A DNA stretch of 64,000 nt from the human T2T-CHM13v2.0 reference genome, Homo sapiens: assembly GCF_009914755.1 (NCBI RefSeq), contig NC_060939.1. One strand, written 5' to 3'. The number at the start of each line of letters is the position of its first letter. Within the stretch, counting starts at the first letter, position 1. Below, one piece after another: positions 29,745 to 46,785 of the stretch. Under the pieces are notes generated by a model, which worked only from the letters and a program-made list of their open reading frames with translations, searched no databases and was not told where the DNA came from. The translations under genes and the position numbers were made by a program.

Positions 29745-29905
29745 AAAAAATGCATGGAAAGGGTTAGGCAATGGTTTCTTAGACATAACACTAAAAACAC
29801 AAAAAGACAAAGAGAAATATAAATAAATTGGGTATCTTCAAAATGAAAAAACGTTTGTGTTTCAAAGGACACTGTCAAGAAAGTGAAAGAACAACTCACA
29901 CAGAA
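29745..29905 (+). mobile_element. L1M ORF2-end fragment
   Basis: gggttaggcaatggtttcttagacataacactaaaa...tgtgtttcaaaggacactgtcaagaaagtgaaaga. Confidence 0.75.
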
Positions 29906-29912
29906 CAGAATA

Positions 29913-31052
<1,140 letters not shown>

Positions 31053-31099
31053 TACTAATGAGAATCAATTTCTAAATGTTTCAATTAGTTGTATTTCTT

Positions 31100-32075
31100 T
31101 TTTTTTCCAAAATTTTATTGTGCCTGTTATAGTTGGGTGTTTTTCTCATTCCATTACATAAACTTTCTGTAAGTTAAAGCGCGAACATATTGTTACATTT
31201 GATACGATTTCTTTTCCAAGGCTATCCTTTTATATTTTGTCATATATACATTTAAAATTTTTTCATACAAAATCTGTTCATCTCTTCCCTCGTGATTGCT
31301 TCTTTCTCCTGTAGGCTAGGACATTTTCCATCTCCAGAGGTCTGCTAGATATCATATACAATTTTCTTCTTTTATTTTTCATGGGGTTTTAAGTTTTACC
31401 TTTAACTTTCACATTTAACAACTATTTACTCACTGTCAACTACGTGCTTGGTATATTCCTAGTATTTATTTAGGTTCAAGGTGTAATGTTAAGGATAGTA
31501 ATTTGGAAAAATTATTATCAAACTACCATTGTTAATTCTCAGGTCTCACAGGTTCTTTCTATTATTATCGCTAACCGTTCTTCTATGTTACTATATGACT
31601 CTTCTGTTCCATTTTGCTGTCTGTCTAGTTTCTGGCAGTATTATATGCCTTTCATACTACATTTTTATAATATGCATTAATATCTGATGATAAGATTGTT
31701 CCCCCATAATTATACATTTTCAAAATTGTGTTTCATCTGTGACCTGTTTCCTCCAGGTGACATTCAGAGCACTTTGTCAGGTTAAAAAGAAACATGCTGA
31801 GATTTGGGTTAGATTTATATGAAACATAAATTGTTTTGGGAAAATTGGTACGTTCAAAACATGCTGCTGCTCATCTCAGATTATGATGCTGCTTTTCACT
31901 TATTCAAGTTTTCATGACTTTCAGTAAAATATTGATTTACTCAAATAGATCACAGGTGTCTCTCATTAAAATTATTCCTTATAATCGCATTTCTGAAGAT
32001 ATTGTGGATTAGAGTTTTTTTCATTATAACTTCAGTTACTGTATGAGAATTTCTTTTTCTCCTTTCTCTTTCTCT

Positions 32076-32111
<36 letters not shown>

Positions 32112-32550
32112 ACACATCTTTCATCAGGCTACCTATCAAACATTTGTTAATTAAAATAATTTCCGAGCTTATTCTCTTGGGTTATCTAACTATGAAATAA
32201 TACTTTCAGACATTTTTTATCATTTATTTTTTAACATGTATCTTATTGCTATCTTATTTTTGCTTTCAGTGAGTAGAATTTCTAGAATATGAATAATAGT
32301 AAAACTGGATATATTTATTTTATTTCTATTTTAACATGAATATGACTTTTAGATCAAAATAGATGGCTTTTATTATGGTAAAACAGTTTTCCTCTATTCT
32401 TCTATTTTAGTATTTTATCAAAGTACATTATTTTTGAATTTTTTTCTTCTTTAATCCACTTATACTAAGAATCATGTATCCTTTGAACATATTTCTTCTT
32501 CTTTAATCTACTTATGTCAGATATTGTATTAATACATGTCCTTATCTACT
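31100..32550 (-). mobile_element. Highly degenerate L1M fragment(s) with a (CT)n(TG)n microsatellite at ~32071-32109
   Basis: T-rich minus-strand L1 ORF2-like motifs (cagagcactttgtcaggttaaaaagaaacatgctgagatttggg; ttattctcttgggttatcta). Confidence 0.55.
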
Positions 32551-34079
32551 TACAGGACTCTTCCCTGAAAAAAAAAAAAAGCTTGGAAAGTGTAGGTCAT
32601 GATAAAAAATGTTCTCATACTGAACCACCCTAGAACTGGAAGTCATTAACGCCAGAATGTGTGTTCCTAGGTCCTGCTGCTCATCAGGGCCGCCATATTG
32701 AAAGTAAATCTGTAGCTTTCAACTCAACTCTAACCAGAGCAAGGGACTCCTTTTGAGGAGCCTGTAGGTCAGGGGCTGCCCTCAGAGGTCTGAGTTGCTC
32801 CAGGAACAATTCTCAATTCTCAAACCTGTCCTTGTGATACTGGTCCTAAGTGGTTCAGTTGTGGCACCCAGGGGCAACCCGTTACAGTTCTTCCTTCAAG
32901 CCTGGAAATGATCTTAGAGAATGGAGAGAACTTGAGGATTCCTTGGCTTTACTGTAAATGGTTACCTGAGGTGCTCCAACTAGCATGATTTTCCCAGTTG
33001 GACTCCATGCACCTTATACAGTGGCTTGCTTCAAGTGTGAATGCATAATTAAAGGGTTTTGGTGTTTGTATTTTCTCCCTCTCTCTGGGGCATACCTCTC
33101 CATATTCTCCTTTATCTGTTTCAATATTGGACACCTTCCTGCCAAGATGGCTGGATTGCTGGTCATGTGACCACATAATACTCCAAATGTTGAAACGTAC
33201 AAGATTTTCCTAATCCCCACTGCTACTCTTGAAACAGTTCAGTGGCACACTTTCAACCATGGCCAAATTTCAGAATCACCTGAGGATCCTCTTAAAAATG
33301 GTGACACTCAGGCCCTACTGTGCACCAGTGAAATCAGTGTAGTGCCCACCCCTCCCCACAGGGCTGGCTGTGTGTGATGAGGTGTCAGCCACAGCCTTCA
33401 ACACTTGGTTGGTGGCCCCTCAAGACCTGTGTGTCCAGGGAGGCTGGTCATCTCAGACACGATTGCCACTTCTTTTCTCTTCCCCTCTCAGGATAACTCT
33501 GACTTCTTCAGGTACTTCAACTGTGGGAGTGTTTGTTGTTAGTTGGTTTGTTTAATTTGTTGCCTTAGGGGCAGAGAAATGAGTTAGTGGTTCTTCTTAG
33601 TTCACAGCATATTATTATCCCGGTTTGTGGCAATTCAGGCTCCTTCTCCACCCACTTTTTCCCAAGGACATACCATGACTTTTGTGGGCCCTAGTCACTT
33701 TTGTTTGTGTGGGTCTTTCTCGCTATGATAGATTTTTGTGTTTCCTTAAAATTTCGTTTTTTTCCTGATGTGTGAAAAACAAATTAAAACTTTTTCATCA
33801 ACCCAAAGAGTTCTTAGTTTCATTTTGATTTTAAAAGAAACTTAAATATTTTATGACTCCTTAAAAAGTACCTTGGACCTAAGGCATTGTGTTTACTGGA
33901 CCAACAGATGAGTTAGCCCTGCCTCTACCTTCCTGCTTTCTCCTTTATCTCTATACCCTGCTGCCATTCTCTTCTCCTAGCCAAAGAGGTACATCTCCCC
34001 TTGTTCTGGATCTGTTTCTTTATATATATTCTTGCATAATGTGTATTTGTATATTGTTTTATGTATTTAAAAAATTAAA

Positions 34080-36465
34080 AAAATGTTAGAACAGTTTTAG
34101 ATTGATAGATTTTAGATTGAAGATTGCAAAGATATTAGATAATTTCTAAATATCCTACATCTATTTGCCCTATTAACATATTACCTTGGTGTGATACATC
34201 AGACACAATTAATCATCCATTATTGATACATTATTAACTAAAATCCATAATGCATTCAATATCCTTATTTTTAAAAATAGGATGTACCTTTTCTGTTTAA
34301 GGATTCCATCCAAGATACTACACTGAATGTAGTTATCATGCCTCCTTAGACTCCCCTTGGTTCTGACAATTTCTTAGACTGTTTTTAATGACTTTGACAG
34401 TTTCAAGGAGCACTGGTTAAGTACTTTGTAGAATGTCCTTCAAATGAGATTTATCGGATGTTTTTCTCATGATTAGATTGGAGTTACAGTTTTAGGGAGG
34501 AAGATGACAGAGGTAAAGTCATTCTCATTACATCACATCAAGGGTCCACACCATCACATAACTTGTCACTGTTGATGTTAACCTTGATTCCTGCCTGAGG
34601 TAGCATTTGGTTTCTTCACTATCAAGTTACTCTCTCCCCACCTCCACTTACTTCCAGACTGTAGTCTTTGAAGACAAGTCATTCTGTACAGCCCACACTT
34701 AAGGAATGAGAAGTTGTGCTCCCTTTCCTTGAGGGTGGAGTAGCTACAAAATTATTTGGAATTCTTTTCAGGAGAGATTTGTCTCTTCTCCTCACCTTTA
34801 TTTATTTGTTTAATCATTTATTTATAACATGGATATTTGTATTGTACCTGAGTAATAATCCAATACCACTTTATCTTATTTCTCAAATTGTTTCAGCTTT
34901 GGCCTCTGGGAATGCTTTCAGCTGGCTTCTTGTCCTTTTAATATACCACCATCTCTCTCTCTCTCTCTCTTTCTTTCTCCCTGTCTGTCTCTTTAACACT
35001 TCCTTCCTTCTGGAACTACGAGATGCTCCAAGTTCATTTTGTAGATTCCCTGCTCCTATCCTAGAATCAGCCGTTTTTATACGGATTCCTGTTTTGTTTT
35101 GTTTTGTTTTAAATTGAGAATAGTATTAAAAACCAAAATCTTGGCCCTATGTGTATGTGTTGTTCCTGGGCTGTTGTTCCTTCTAGGCCCTCTCAGTTGG
35201 CAAAGCAAGGAAATACATATGTTTATGGATTTACACACATTTAATATTTTTGTAAATATGTAAATATAAACGTTATATATATTATGTATATGTAACCATC
35301 TATATCTCTATTAACCTCAATATGTGCTCTACTCAACTGATGTCTCCAACTACAATCTGCTATTATATGGATCATTCAGGTTGCCTTCTCTTGTCTATAA
35401 CCTCCCACTTAATGATGAGAAACCTGGCCTCTACCATCTACTCTTTACTTATTTAACTGTCCTATTCCAATATACCTGTATTGCAGTATCACAATTATTA
35501 ATAAGCACTCCCATGGAAAACAACTTTATCAACTAGAGTACAGTGTTCATATACGGTTCCTTTTTGCCGTTAACCTTGCAGGCTTCATTTCCAAAGTTAC
35601 TTAGGTCAGTACCTTTTTCTCCCGATCCCTTCAGGGAGATTCTTTAATCGTCTCATAACATGGTTAGCATTCTTTGTCACAGTGTGCATTCTATCCTGGG
35701 ATGCCATGATGTACTAAAGCATTTTCCTGATTTGTAAACATTAAGGTTCTCTCTTTGTGCTGTAAAGTTCTATACAAATGTGTAGTGTCTTTTATCCACT
35801 GTAGTGTTTTTAGGGCAATAGTTTCACTGCCCTAAAAAATCTTCTGTGATTCACCTATTCCTACCTTCCCCAACCCCCTGATCCACCTGGCAATTATTGA
35901 TATTTTTACCATCTCTATCGTTTTGCCTTTTCCAGAGTACCATATAATTAGAATTATACAGTATGTAGCCTTTTCAGACTGACTTCTTTCACTTAGCAAT
36001 GTGCATTTAAAATCTAAAATTCATCCATGTCTTTCCAAGGCTTGATACTCATTTTTTTTTTTATCATTGAATAATATTCTAGTGTGTGGATGTGCTAGTT
36101 TCTTTATCCATGCATGTATTGGAGGATACCTTGTGCTTCCAGCTTTTGGTGACTGTGAATAAAGCTGCTATAAACATTCATGTGAATTTTTTGTGTGCAG
36201 TTGTAAGTTTTCAAAGAAGTTAGATAAATACCTAGGAGTGTGAATGTTGTATCATGTGGTAAGAATGTGTTTAGCTTTGTAAGAAACTGGTAATCTGTCT
36301 TCTAAAGTGGCTGTACCATTTCGTATTCCTATTCACAATGAATGAGAATTCCTTTTGTTTTGCATCCATTTCTGCAACTGGTATTGTTAGTTTTTAGATT
36401 TTAGCCATTCCAATAAACATGTAGCAGTATCTCATCGTTATTTTAATTTCTAATCCCATAATGAC
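34080..36465 (-). mobile_element. L1MC3/L1MD-like long 3'UTR fragment
   Basis: ttagaacagttttagatt...; tttgtagaatgtccttcaaatgagattt; cagtatgtagccttttcagactgacttctttcacttagcaat; gtaagaaactgg...aaagtggctgtaccattt. Confidence 0.85.
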
Positions 36466-36499
36466 ATGGTTTGTATGAATGTTTAATCGGTGTAAATTG

Positions 36500-37985
36500 A
36501 TTTGTGCTGTATATCTCTTTCTGTCACTTTTTTTCACTAAGCACTCCATATTTAGGATTCACTTATGTTACTGTCTAATCCATTGCTTTTAATTGCTGTG
36601 TAACACTCAGATACATCCACCACATATCCCAATTCACTCTCTCAGTTTCAGACATCCCAGTTGCCTCCTATTTCTACCTCCACAGATAGTACTGCATTGA
36701 ACATCAGTGTTTTATCCCCTTATGAACCTATGAGGAAATTTCTTGGAGAATATACCCACAGGTGAATTACTCAGTCATTCTATATGCACATTCTCAGTGT
36801 GACCAAGAGCAATGCTAGTTGGCTCTCCATAGTGGCTACACCAGCTCAAGCTCACACCTGCCATGTATGGGATTCTACATCATGTACTTGACATTTTCCA
36901 TCTTTCTTTTTCTTTTTTCCTTTTAATTCTTTCTTCTTTCTCTCTCTCTTTTTTTTTTTTTAGACATAAAGTCTCACTCTGTTGCCCAGGGTGGAATGCA
37001 CTGGTGCAGTTCTAGCTCACTGCAGTCTCAAACTTGTGGGCTCCAGGGATTCTCTTGCCTTAGCTTCCAAAGTAGCTAAGACTACAGGTGTGCACCATTT
37101 CACCAAGCTGATATATTTTTATTTTATTTTTTTGCAGAGATGGGGTCTTGCTCTGTTGTCCAGGCTTTTCTTGAACTCCTGACCTCAAGCAGTCCTCCTG
37201 CCTTACCCTCCCAAAGTGTTGAGATTGTGGGTGTGAACCACTGTGCCCAGCCTAGCTTTCTAATTTTTGATATTCTAATAGGTGTAAGTGATATCACAGT
37301 ACTGTTTGAATGTGCATGTCTCTATTACTGTAATCACTAATGATTTTGAGCATCTCTTTCAGTGCTTAGGTAGTCTTTTGCATTTATTTTCCTCTTCAAA
37401 TTGCATGTTTGTATTCTTTGCCCATTTTTCTATTGGGGTTGCTATCTTTTTCCTATTGATTTTTAGGCATTTTTTGTGTATTATGGATATTTCTATTTAT
37501 TTTGTCCATGCTGTTCTCCTTAGTTTTGATGTAATGACACTTACGAATTTTGTCTTCAGTTTTGTGCATTTGAACTCTTGTTTACAAATGCATTTCCCTG
37601 CTCTGAGGTCACAAAGATATTCTCCCACATTTTTTCCTACTAATTATCTTCACATTTAGATCTTTAATTCATCTGGAGTCCACCATTTAATGAGGTCTAG
37701 GAGGAATTAAATTTTATTTTTCTCTATATTGGGAGCTAGCTTTCCCCAAACCATCTTCGAAATGGTCCGTCATTTTCCTATGGATCTGTAGAGACTTCTT
37801 TATGTTATATTTATGTTCCATTTTATTCATAGATCTATTCATTTTGTTTCATTGGCATGGGTCTTGCACCAGTTTCATGATGTTTTTATTAATTTTTTAT
37901 TATGATAGTTTTACAACCTGTCTTGATATCTAGTCAGCCAGGTCCTTCTTCTTTATCATTTTTTAAAGGTTGACTTAATGGTTCA
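36500..37985 (-). mobile_element. Ancient L1ME-like fragment hosting the AluJ
   Basis: atcactaatgattttgagcatctctttc...ctttgcccatttttctattgggg...aggtcacaaagatattctcc...cacatttagatctttaattcatctggag. Confidence 0.7.
36902..37252 (-). mobile_element. AluJ (Jo/Jr-like) with long CT-rich tail, inside an old L1M
   Basis: ctagctcactgcagtctcaaacttgtgggctccagggattc...ctcaagcagtcctcctgcc (J-type features). Confidence 0.92.
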
Positions 37986-39234
37986 CGGACCTCCCATCTA
38001 GAGGTTGCTTTAGTCACTAACTTCCAAGAGCCTCCTGAGCTGGCCATTCTGCCAGAGTTCCCCAGACTTCTTTATAGTACTAATGATGCACGTGTTTGAT
38101 CTCCCTCTGATTTCTCCAGTTTCAAATAGTGCATCTCTAAAGACCATAATGCTAATCTTAGTGTTGTTTCCATGATTTCCACTAAGCATGAAAAGGAATT
38201 TCGAGGGCCAGCACCGGCCACAAATGATCAGCCTGTCCTGTGCTGTTGGGCAGCTGTAACAAGGGTACACTCTTGGCTCAGTTCTGGGCTGAGGATTTAC
38301 TCTTGGGTAGTAGCATGGTAGTATGTCTCGGTTCAGAATTACTGGAAAAGCTCCAAATGTAATTCTGATACTATTGGAGCCACTCTGTATCCTGAAGATT
38401 TTGGTGAGTTTAGCTCAAATGTCCAATTTTCTCTGCTTGGCCAATTTCAAAGACTTCACCCATTTTCTTTTTTCTGAATTCCCACTCATCTTTCCTTACG
38501 TTTTTCTTGCTTTGAAGAAGTTAATCTGCAACTTAAGGTAAAAAAATAGAACAGTTTTCAAGATGATCCCGTTCGAATATCTTGGGAAGTCAGGGTGATA
38601 TACTAACATGAGTGAAAAACTGAGATTCCAGTTCTGGTTCTACCACAGGTTATAATTTTAAGAGAGAGACTTTATGTGACACCTCTATTTGTCCCCATGC
38701 AGTTCAAAACATAGATCTCAGTCTCTTCTCTATTTTTCCTGAAGGAATCTATTCACAAATAAGGTTTTGTGGATTCAACAGCTTTACTGAAGATATGTAG
38801 ATTGTTGTTAGCGCTTCCTACCTTGCACAGCCTCTTGTCCCGTCACTGGCCCCATGCATCTTCCTCTGCTGCCTTCAAGAAGCTCCAGATCCTGCCACAG
38901 ACGTGCTCCACTCAGAGGACTGGAGTCCAATCCCCTGACAGTGCTTTTCTCTTTGGGAAGCACCCCCTCCCCCACTGCCATTAAACCTCTGGAATTCTAT
39001 GGAATAAAGTAAACATTAACTTATAACATTTGTATTTGTGTTATAACCGTCACACTAATAGCTAACACATACATTTAGAGCTTCCTTTGGAATAGTGAAT
39101 AAAAAATACAGTCAAATGATGACCTCATTTGAATTCCTATGCTGGGCCGTTGATGTAGTGTCTACTACAGAGATCATGCTGTGGGACTATATAATAGGTG
39201 ATATAATTAGTAATTAAAATAAAATTGACAATAA

Positions 39235-39375
39235 TAAAATGAAAGTACCTTCACTGAGCACTTAGCATGTGCTAGGAGCCATCTCGGTATGTAATATGTT
39301 ATCTTTGATTCTTGTGACAAATTACCGATGTAGATATTATTATCTTCATTTGATGGGCTAAAAACTGTGTCTGAG
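39235..39375 (-). mobile_element. MIR
   Basis: cactgagcacttagcatgtgctagg...gtagatattattatcttcatttga. Confidence 0.7.
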
Positions 39376-40178
39376 CAAAACCACCAACTGGGCCATGCCT
39401 CTGACTGATTTACAAACTTTGTCAATTATAGTTCCCATTTGAGAAAAACACCATGATCAGGGCTCTTGGGGCTGTGATGAGAATGATGCTGGAGCGTTTT
39501 GTGAACACCCAGGGCACTCAGTGATGGGAGCAGGCACATGTAATTCTTCCCTCTCCCACCTTCTCTTGACCAAAATGTATGCTTCAATCTCCTGACCTGG
39601 AACTGACTCTACTCACAGGCAAGTAAGTGTTTGTGGGAACCACTTGCTCGGGACGGATCAAGCTATAAAGTGCGGGGGCATGTGGTTGGGGGCACGTCCT
39701 CCAGAGGACAGTCTTAAATCCAGTCTAGCCTTTCCCTTCACCACTTGCACATGGGGCAATGGAGACCCAAAGGGAGAAGGCACTCGTGGAGTCACAGCTG
39801 GTTACTGGCAGAGCTAAGACAGGAACTCTGCTTTTTCGGTCATTGGACTCCTGTTACAGTGCTCTTTCTTTACTTTATATCACATTACATTTTAAAATGC
39901 AGAATTTATTTCCCTGGGAAACTGTGCACATTTTTGATGATACTTATGTAGTTTATTTTGCTCATTTAGTTTGGAGGGGATGAGATGGAGGAAGGGCAGA
40001 AACAATTACTATTAATCTAAATTTTCCTACATCTATCTTACTATTTAATATCTATCCAACACGTATCATCTGGCACTGCTAATTACCATAAGGTGACATT
40101 TTTTTGAATCGTATAAAAGTAGATATATGTACACGTGATCAGAGGAAAACAAGCCTGGTTTAAAGACACCGTTTAGAA

Positions 40179-40403
40179 CAGTGGTTGGCAAATTGTTACC
40201 TGTCAGCCAAATCTGACTCATCACCTGTTTTAATAAATGAAGTTTTATTGGAATGTAGTCACATCCATTCCTGACATATTTTCTGTGACTCTTTTTGTGC
40301 TATAAAGAGTTGAGTGGCTGTAATTGTGACAGAAATCACATCACCTGCAAAGCTTGAGATAGTTACTATCTGGCCCTTTAATGAAAAAGCGTGTTGACAT
40401 CTG
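40179..40403 (+). mobile_element. MER58A (hAT-Charlie)
   Basis: cagtggttggcaaa...gccaaatctgac...aagttttattggaa...cctgcaaagc...tactatctggccctttaatgaaaaag...ttgacatctg. Confidence 0.88.
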
Positions 40404-40494
40404 ACATTGAAGAATTAGCCTATTTTCGAGACCCATTTCCATGATCACATCTGTTGGTTTTATTTTTGGGGAGATAGAACATAATTATGAAGGC

Positions 40495-40720
40495 TTATGA
40501 CTTTGGACCCAGAAAGGCCTGGATTCAAAACCCATTGTGACCATTTATTGGCCATAAGACCTTGGCCAAGATACCAAACCTCTCTATGCTTAAGTTTCTT
40601 AATTTGAAAAATAAGAGTAATAACATCAACTACTCTCTGTGGATATGAGAGGTAAATGAAACTATACATCAAAAGCACTAAGAACAGTGTCTGACACATG
40701 GTGATTACTAAATAAATGGG
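40495..40720 (+). mobile_element. MIR
   Basis: gactttggacccagaaaggcctggattcaaaaccc...accttggccaagataccaaacctctctatgcttaagtttc...agcactaagaacagtgtctgacacatgg. Confidence 0.85.
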
Positions 40721-41305
40721 AGTGTTTACTCCACTGAGCCTTTGTTTGCTGACTTTTGTTACTACTGATGTTCTCTTGACATGAGGCTACTGCTTTAGTC
40801 ATTCATTTTCAGCAGATCTCCATATCCCAACCTTGACTTTTGGACCAGATGTTTAACCTCTGTCCACCCTCTTGTTTCCAGTGCTGCTGATAAATACCTC
40901 CAAGGTTTTGTCACTTCCCCCACAGGACCAGTACCCGTTTTGTATACCACCTGCTATTCCTATTCAAAATGGTGAACTCAGTAGAGAGAATTTGAGACTT
41001 TTTTTAGGTAGAAGTGACAAGTGCCATCTGATAGCACTTGAAATAACAACTGAGATGTACATAAGGAAGGAACAGTTGTTGAGAATGACTTGGAATTCCA
41101 ACTGGGATAACTGGGCAGATTGTGACGTCATTAATAAGGATTGAGAATACCAGAGGCAGGCATGTTTTTGCCTTGCCGGAAAAATATATCCAGAAGAGGT
41201 ACAATCACTCTTGTAATATTGTTTAACAATATAAATATAATTTATATTCATCTTCACCTAAAAGTTTGTTATTCTAGGCTCATAATTGGTTGTCCCCACA
41301 AATAA

Positions 41306-41647
<342 letters not shown>

Positions 41648-44294
41648 TCTAAGCCCTTTATAATATCATTATAATTTAATCCTCCTGACATTTCTATGAG
41701 ATAGATGTTATTATTATTCTTATGTTAAAGAGAAGGAAACTGAGGCAAAGAAAGTTTAAATGACTTGCTAAGGTGACATCCCTAGTATATGTTTATCATC
41801 CAAGGAAGGCACTTATTGCAAACATGGCCATTTTTTGGAGGTTCATATCACAGTGGGAACTGGCTGAAGCTGAACAGATCTCGGAGATATACTGTACTGA
41901 TGACCCATAGCAAGGTTGTGCTTGGTGGTAGACGGCTGCAAGTATAGAGCAAGCAGGTGCCAAGAGAAATGCTTTGAACAGTTTCCTTCAGTGGTTGTAA
42001 GACTGATAAAATAGAATAATTTATGGTTGCTTTACTGAATAATTTACCAACCAAATCATTCACAAAAAGCAGTAAGACGTGAAATAGGAAAACATGAGAG
42101 ACATGAATTTGAACTAGGAAAGAATCAATAAGAACCAGTGGGGCCAAAAACGGCCCTTGAGGGCTGGGGCACCTTGGCGCTCACAGAGGGAAGGCAGGCC
42201 TCTGTTGGATTCAGCTCTGACTTCAAGAGGCAAAACAGAGCTTGCTGTTTCCCATGCACAGTGCGGCCTGAGTGCCTACATCAGCTTTTAGTGGACTCAG
42301 TTTGTTTTTTTCTCAGTCATCCGCTGTTACTGAATGGTTGAGTGACTTAGCTTTGTCTAGGGTGCAGAGTAGATCTTCGTATTAGGATTCACATTTGCAT
42401 CATAGGTTTCACTGGATCCTTGTTGCAAATTGCATGACTTCTAAAAATGATCATTTGGAGAGTGCTATGCAGTTGATAAAAGATTTTGCATGTTATCTTG
42501 TTTAATCCACATAACTACTCTTATCATCAAGGTTGTGTTGTATCTCATAGGTAGGCACCAAGGCATAAAGAGGGTAAACTGTCTTGCTCAGGGTCTCGAG
42601 TGCAGACTCTGACTCCTAGTCCCCTCTGTTTCCACTCCACCCCCATTGCCTTAGTCTCATTGGCCACAATGAAAGATCAGATGCAATGTCAAAGAGCTGG
42701 GTCTCTGTGATAACCACTTCATTAATTGTAGTCCCTTCTGCATTCTTTACCCCATCTATTATCCATGTAGACATCCGTGTAATATCACTTGGGAATCAAA
42801 AACATTTTCTTTGTAGCGTAACTTCAGTATTAAATGGCCATCTGAACACTCATTTTTCTAATCTTGTTTAGTGCCTGTGCCATGGGCACTTTTGCTGCCC
42901 TCTAGGCTTTTGAGGTAACTTATCTTAATTAACTGAGAAGAAATCATGGTGACTGGCTAAAGAGAAATGATGTCAGCTTTAGAATCAACTCTGATAAATA
43001 AATAAAGGGAACCAATTTTTCTGAAATAATCTTGTAAATGGTCTTACTGTCTTGTTTAGAGAATCTTAGAGAATTCTCCTAAAGAAATTGTCAAGCCTGG
43101 TTTTCCATTTCTCACAGTTGAAACTCCGGATGATTATTGTACAGTAACAGTAACAACTACAAATTTTATATAGTGATTTACAACTCAAAAAATGCTTGAG
43201 TCAGAATGTGAATGCTGATTAGACAGCTCCAGCTTCCTCCCCATCCTTATGCCATGTGCTGAGAGCTTGACTAGCTAACAGTCTTGTCACTGTACCTAAA
43301 TAAATGGGCCACGATTAAGTGCGTTAGATTTCTTTGCCCATTTTAGCAATTGAGTGGAATTTACCTTCAGTTGATCTATGTGTTGCAGCAATATCTGAAC
43401 GTCATAAAATTTCCTATCAATGTGTTATGGCTCATTCAGTTATATTGTAATGACCGCCTAACTGGACTGCAAACAAATTGGTTTGGGACCTATAGCCTTG
43501 AGATATGAATATTGACAAAGTAAAGAACAAGTCTCATGAGAGTTACAAGAAGGAGAAATTTTGTTTTAAGATAACCAGATCCACTGTGCAAATCATGGGG
43601 TCTTGGTTTGTTTATAGTTTCCCAATGAGATTAGTGCTGAAAAGAAAAACTTCCTTGATTTCTGTTACACATGTTCAGAATTCTGTTAATCAAAGTTTCA
43701 GCAAATGGTCAGAGGTCAGGTCCATTGTGGGCCATTTTTCTCGTGTATTTTCCATGGATAATTGGCCATGATTATCAACCCATTGCCTTTGACCCTTTGA
43801 CTTTCTGCTCTGGAGATGAGAGCTTAGCAAAGGTGGGGAGTGGTTGTTCATAATTGTTCCCATTGCCTATTGGAGGCACCACTGGGGAAAGAGCAGTTCT
43901 GTGTGTTTGATATCCTTTATCCCATTTCTGGGCAGCTAATATTCACCTATTAAAATCCCCAGAAATTAAAGAGTTTGGGTGGGAAATAGGATTATTGCTT
44001 ATTTTAAGAAGAGATTCTTAGGAAGTTATTCTCTCAATCGCTCAGATTATCAGCATCCTTTATTTCTGTAAAGCACTGTTTTATTATAAACTACCTTGTG
44101 AAACATTAAACTCAGAAGATGGAATTATTATAGTAACATGCAAGTACTCTCCACCTGTTATCTTTTTTTGCCCTTAATTAACCTTTAATAAGGACTTTTT
44201 AAAAGAAGGAGTGCATAAAGGCATTTTTTCTGAAATATTCAAGCACATAAGAGAATATGGAATTTTAAAGATAACTGGTGAGAATCCACTTTAT

Positions 44295-44672
44295 TTCTCA
44301 GTCTAGACCAAATTATGTCACAGTAATAACCTGGCTTAATGACATACAGGGTAAAAGGTTTATTTGTCTCTCATGTTACACATCCATTGTGGGTTGTCTG
44401 GGAGCTCAGCACCATTCTTGCTGAGGTACCCAGGGTGTCAGGGCTGTCAGTGACAGTCACTAGATGAGACAGAGAGAGAACATGGTGCATGATGCCTGGA
44501 GTCTTAAAGCTTCTCATCTGGAAATTACACAGGTCCCTTGTATTAACATTTCACTGGCAAAAGTAAGTCATGTGATCACACCTAACCTTAAGGCAGGTGG
44601 GGCAATGCACTGGTGCCCCATACAGAAGAGGAATAATAGAAATATTTGTTGGACAGCACCAATGACTATGGT
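44295..44672 (-). mobile_element. Old MLT1 (MLT1K/J-like) LTR
   Basis: tggcttaa...aaaggtttatttgtctctcatgttacacatccattgtggg...acatttcactggcaaaagtaagtcatgtgatcacacctaacc. Confidence 0.75.
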
Positions 44673-46084
44673 ATAGACTTTCATGTTTCAAACTGCAACA
44701 CTCCTCTCTCCATTTATAGATAAACCTATCCAACATTATTTCAACTATAAGACTTCTCAGTACTTTTTGACATCTGGTAGAAAGGATCCTTCTCATCACT
44801 TAAAAATATTGGGAAGATAGTTGTATATTGATAAAAGTTAGAATAATTATCTCAAGTTACATAAAAAATCCTTTGAGGACCATGATTGGAATTGCTTTAT
44901 ATTTAGGAATTAATGTTTGGAGAATCCATATCTTTCTAAGGTCTTTAGAAACATGAGGTTGCTGAATTTTTCCAGTTCTCTTTTAGATACCAGTTTGGAG
45001 TTTGTAATATCTACACAATTTCCCTGTAATTTTGCTTTAGCTCTGTCCCATGTATTTGTAATGTAGCATTTGTATTAACATTCTATTTGTTACTTATTTT
45101 TAATTTATTGAATAAAATCAGAGAACATAATATGTGTGATGTCTATTCTTTGAACTTCTTTGAGGCTTCCTTTTCTTATTACATGTCCTATTTTTGTTTA
45201 GCTGGTTTTATTTAAATTTTAAATTTATTGTTGAAATATTGTACTTGCTATTTTTCATATTTTAAAAAATCTTCAGATTTTTCATATTTATTTATGTTTT
45301 CATGTTTAATTTCTTTGTATCTTCTCTTTTTTACTTAACATATGTGCCAAAGATTTATTCATTTTGAGGCAAAAGGGAGGATTTTTCCAAAGAAGAAGCT
45401 CTTAGTTTTAGTAAACAAGTGTTTTTGTTTCCTATTTAATTAGAACTAAATTTTAATAATTATTAATTTATTTCTTTTACTATCCTTAGGTTCAACTTAC
45501 TGTTCATTTTTCTAGCTGCTTTTGTTGAATATGTAATTCTTATTTTAATCTTACTTGTTTTGTGACAATTAGTTCAAGGTTATAATAATTACTGTGTTTT
45601 ATTTTTTTGTTGTAAGATCCACGACAGAGCACACATATGATGTGTGTACTCTAACATAGTTACTCTGAATAACACTTTGGCCACATCCGATAGGTTTCTA
45701 AATGCACTGCCTTCATAGTCATTTATTTCTAAGAATGTCATTTTATTCCTGTTTTCCTGTTTTTACCAAGAGGCTTATTATATGTTTTCTTTCTTTGTCT
45801 GTTTCTAATTTTTAAATGACTTGATGCATTTTTGGTTATCCCTTTATTGTTATTAACTTTGGATCCAGTGAATGTAGCCCTTTGGGATTTTTGAGACTCT
45901 TCTTTGGGACCTAATTATCAGAAGTTGGGAATGTCCATGTGTAAAGCCAGCAGTTTTATTTATTATGTCAAAAGTTTTATAAACATTTTTCCCTCTCATA
46001 TATATATATCTATATACACACACACATGCACACATTTAGATCATACTTCTTGATGACATATAGCATAAAGAAAATATGCTATAT

Positions 46085-46785
<701 letters not shown>
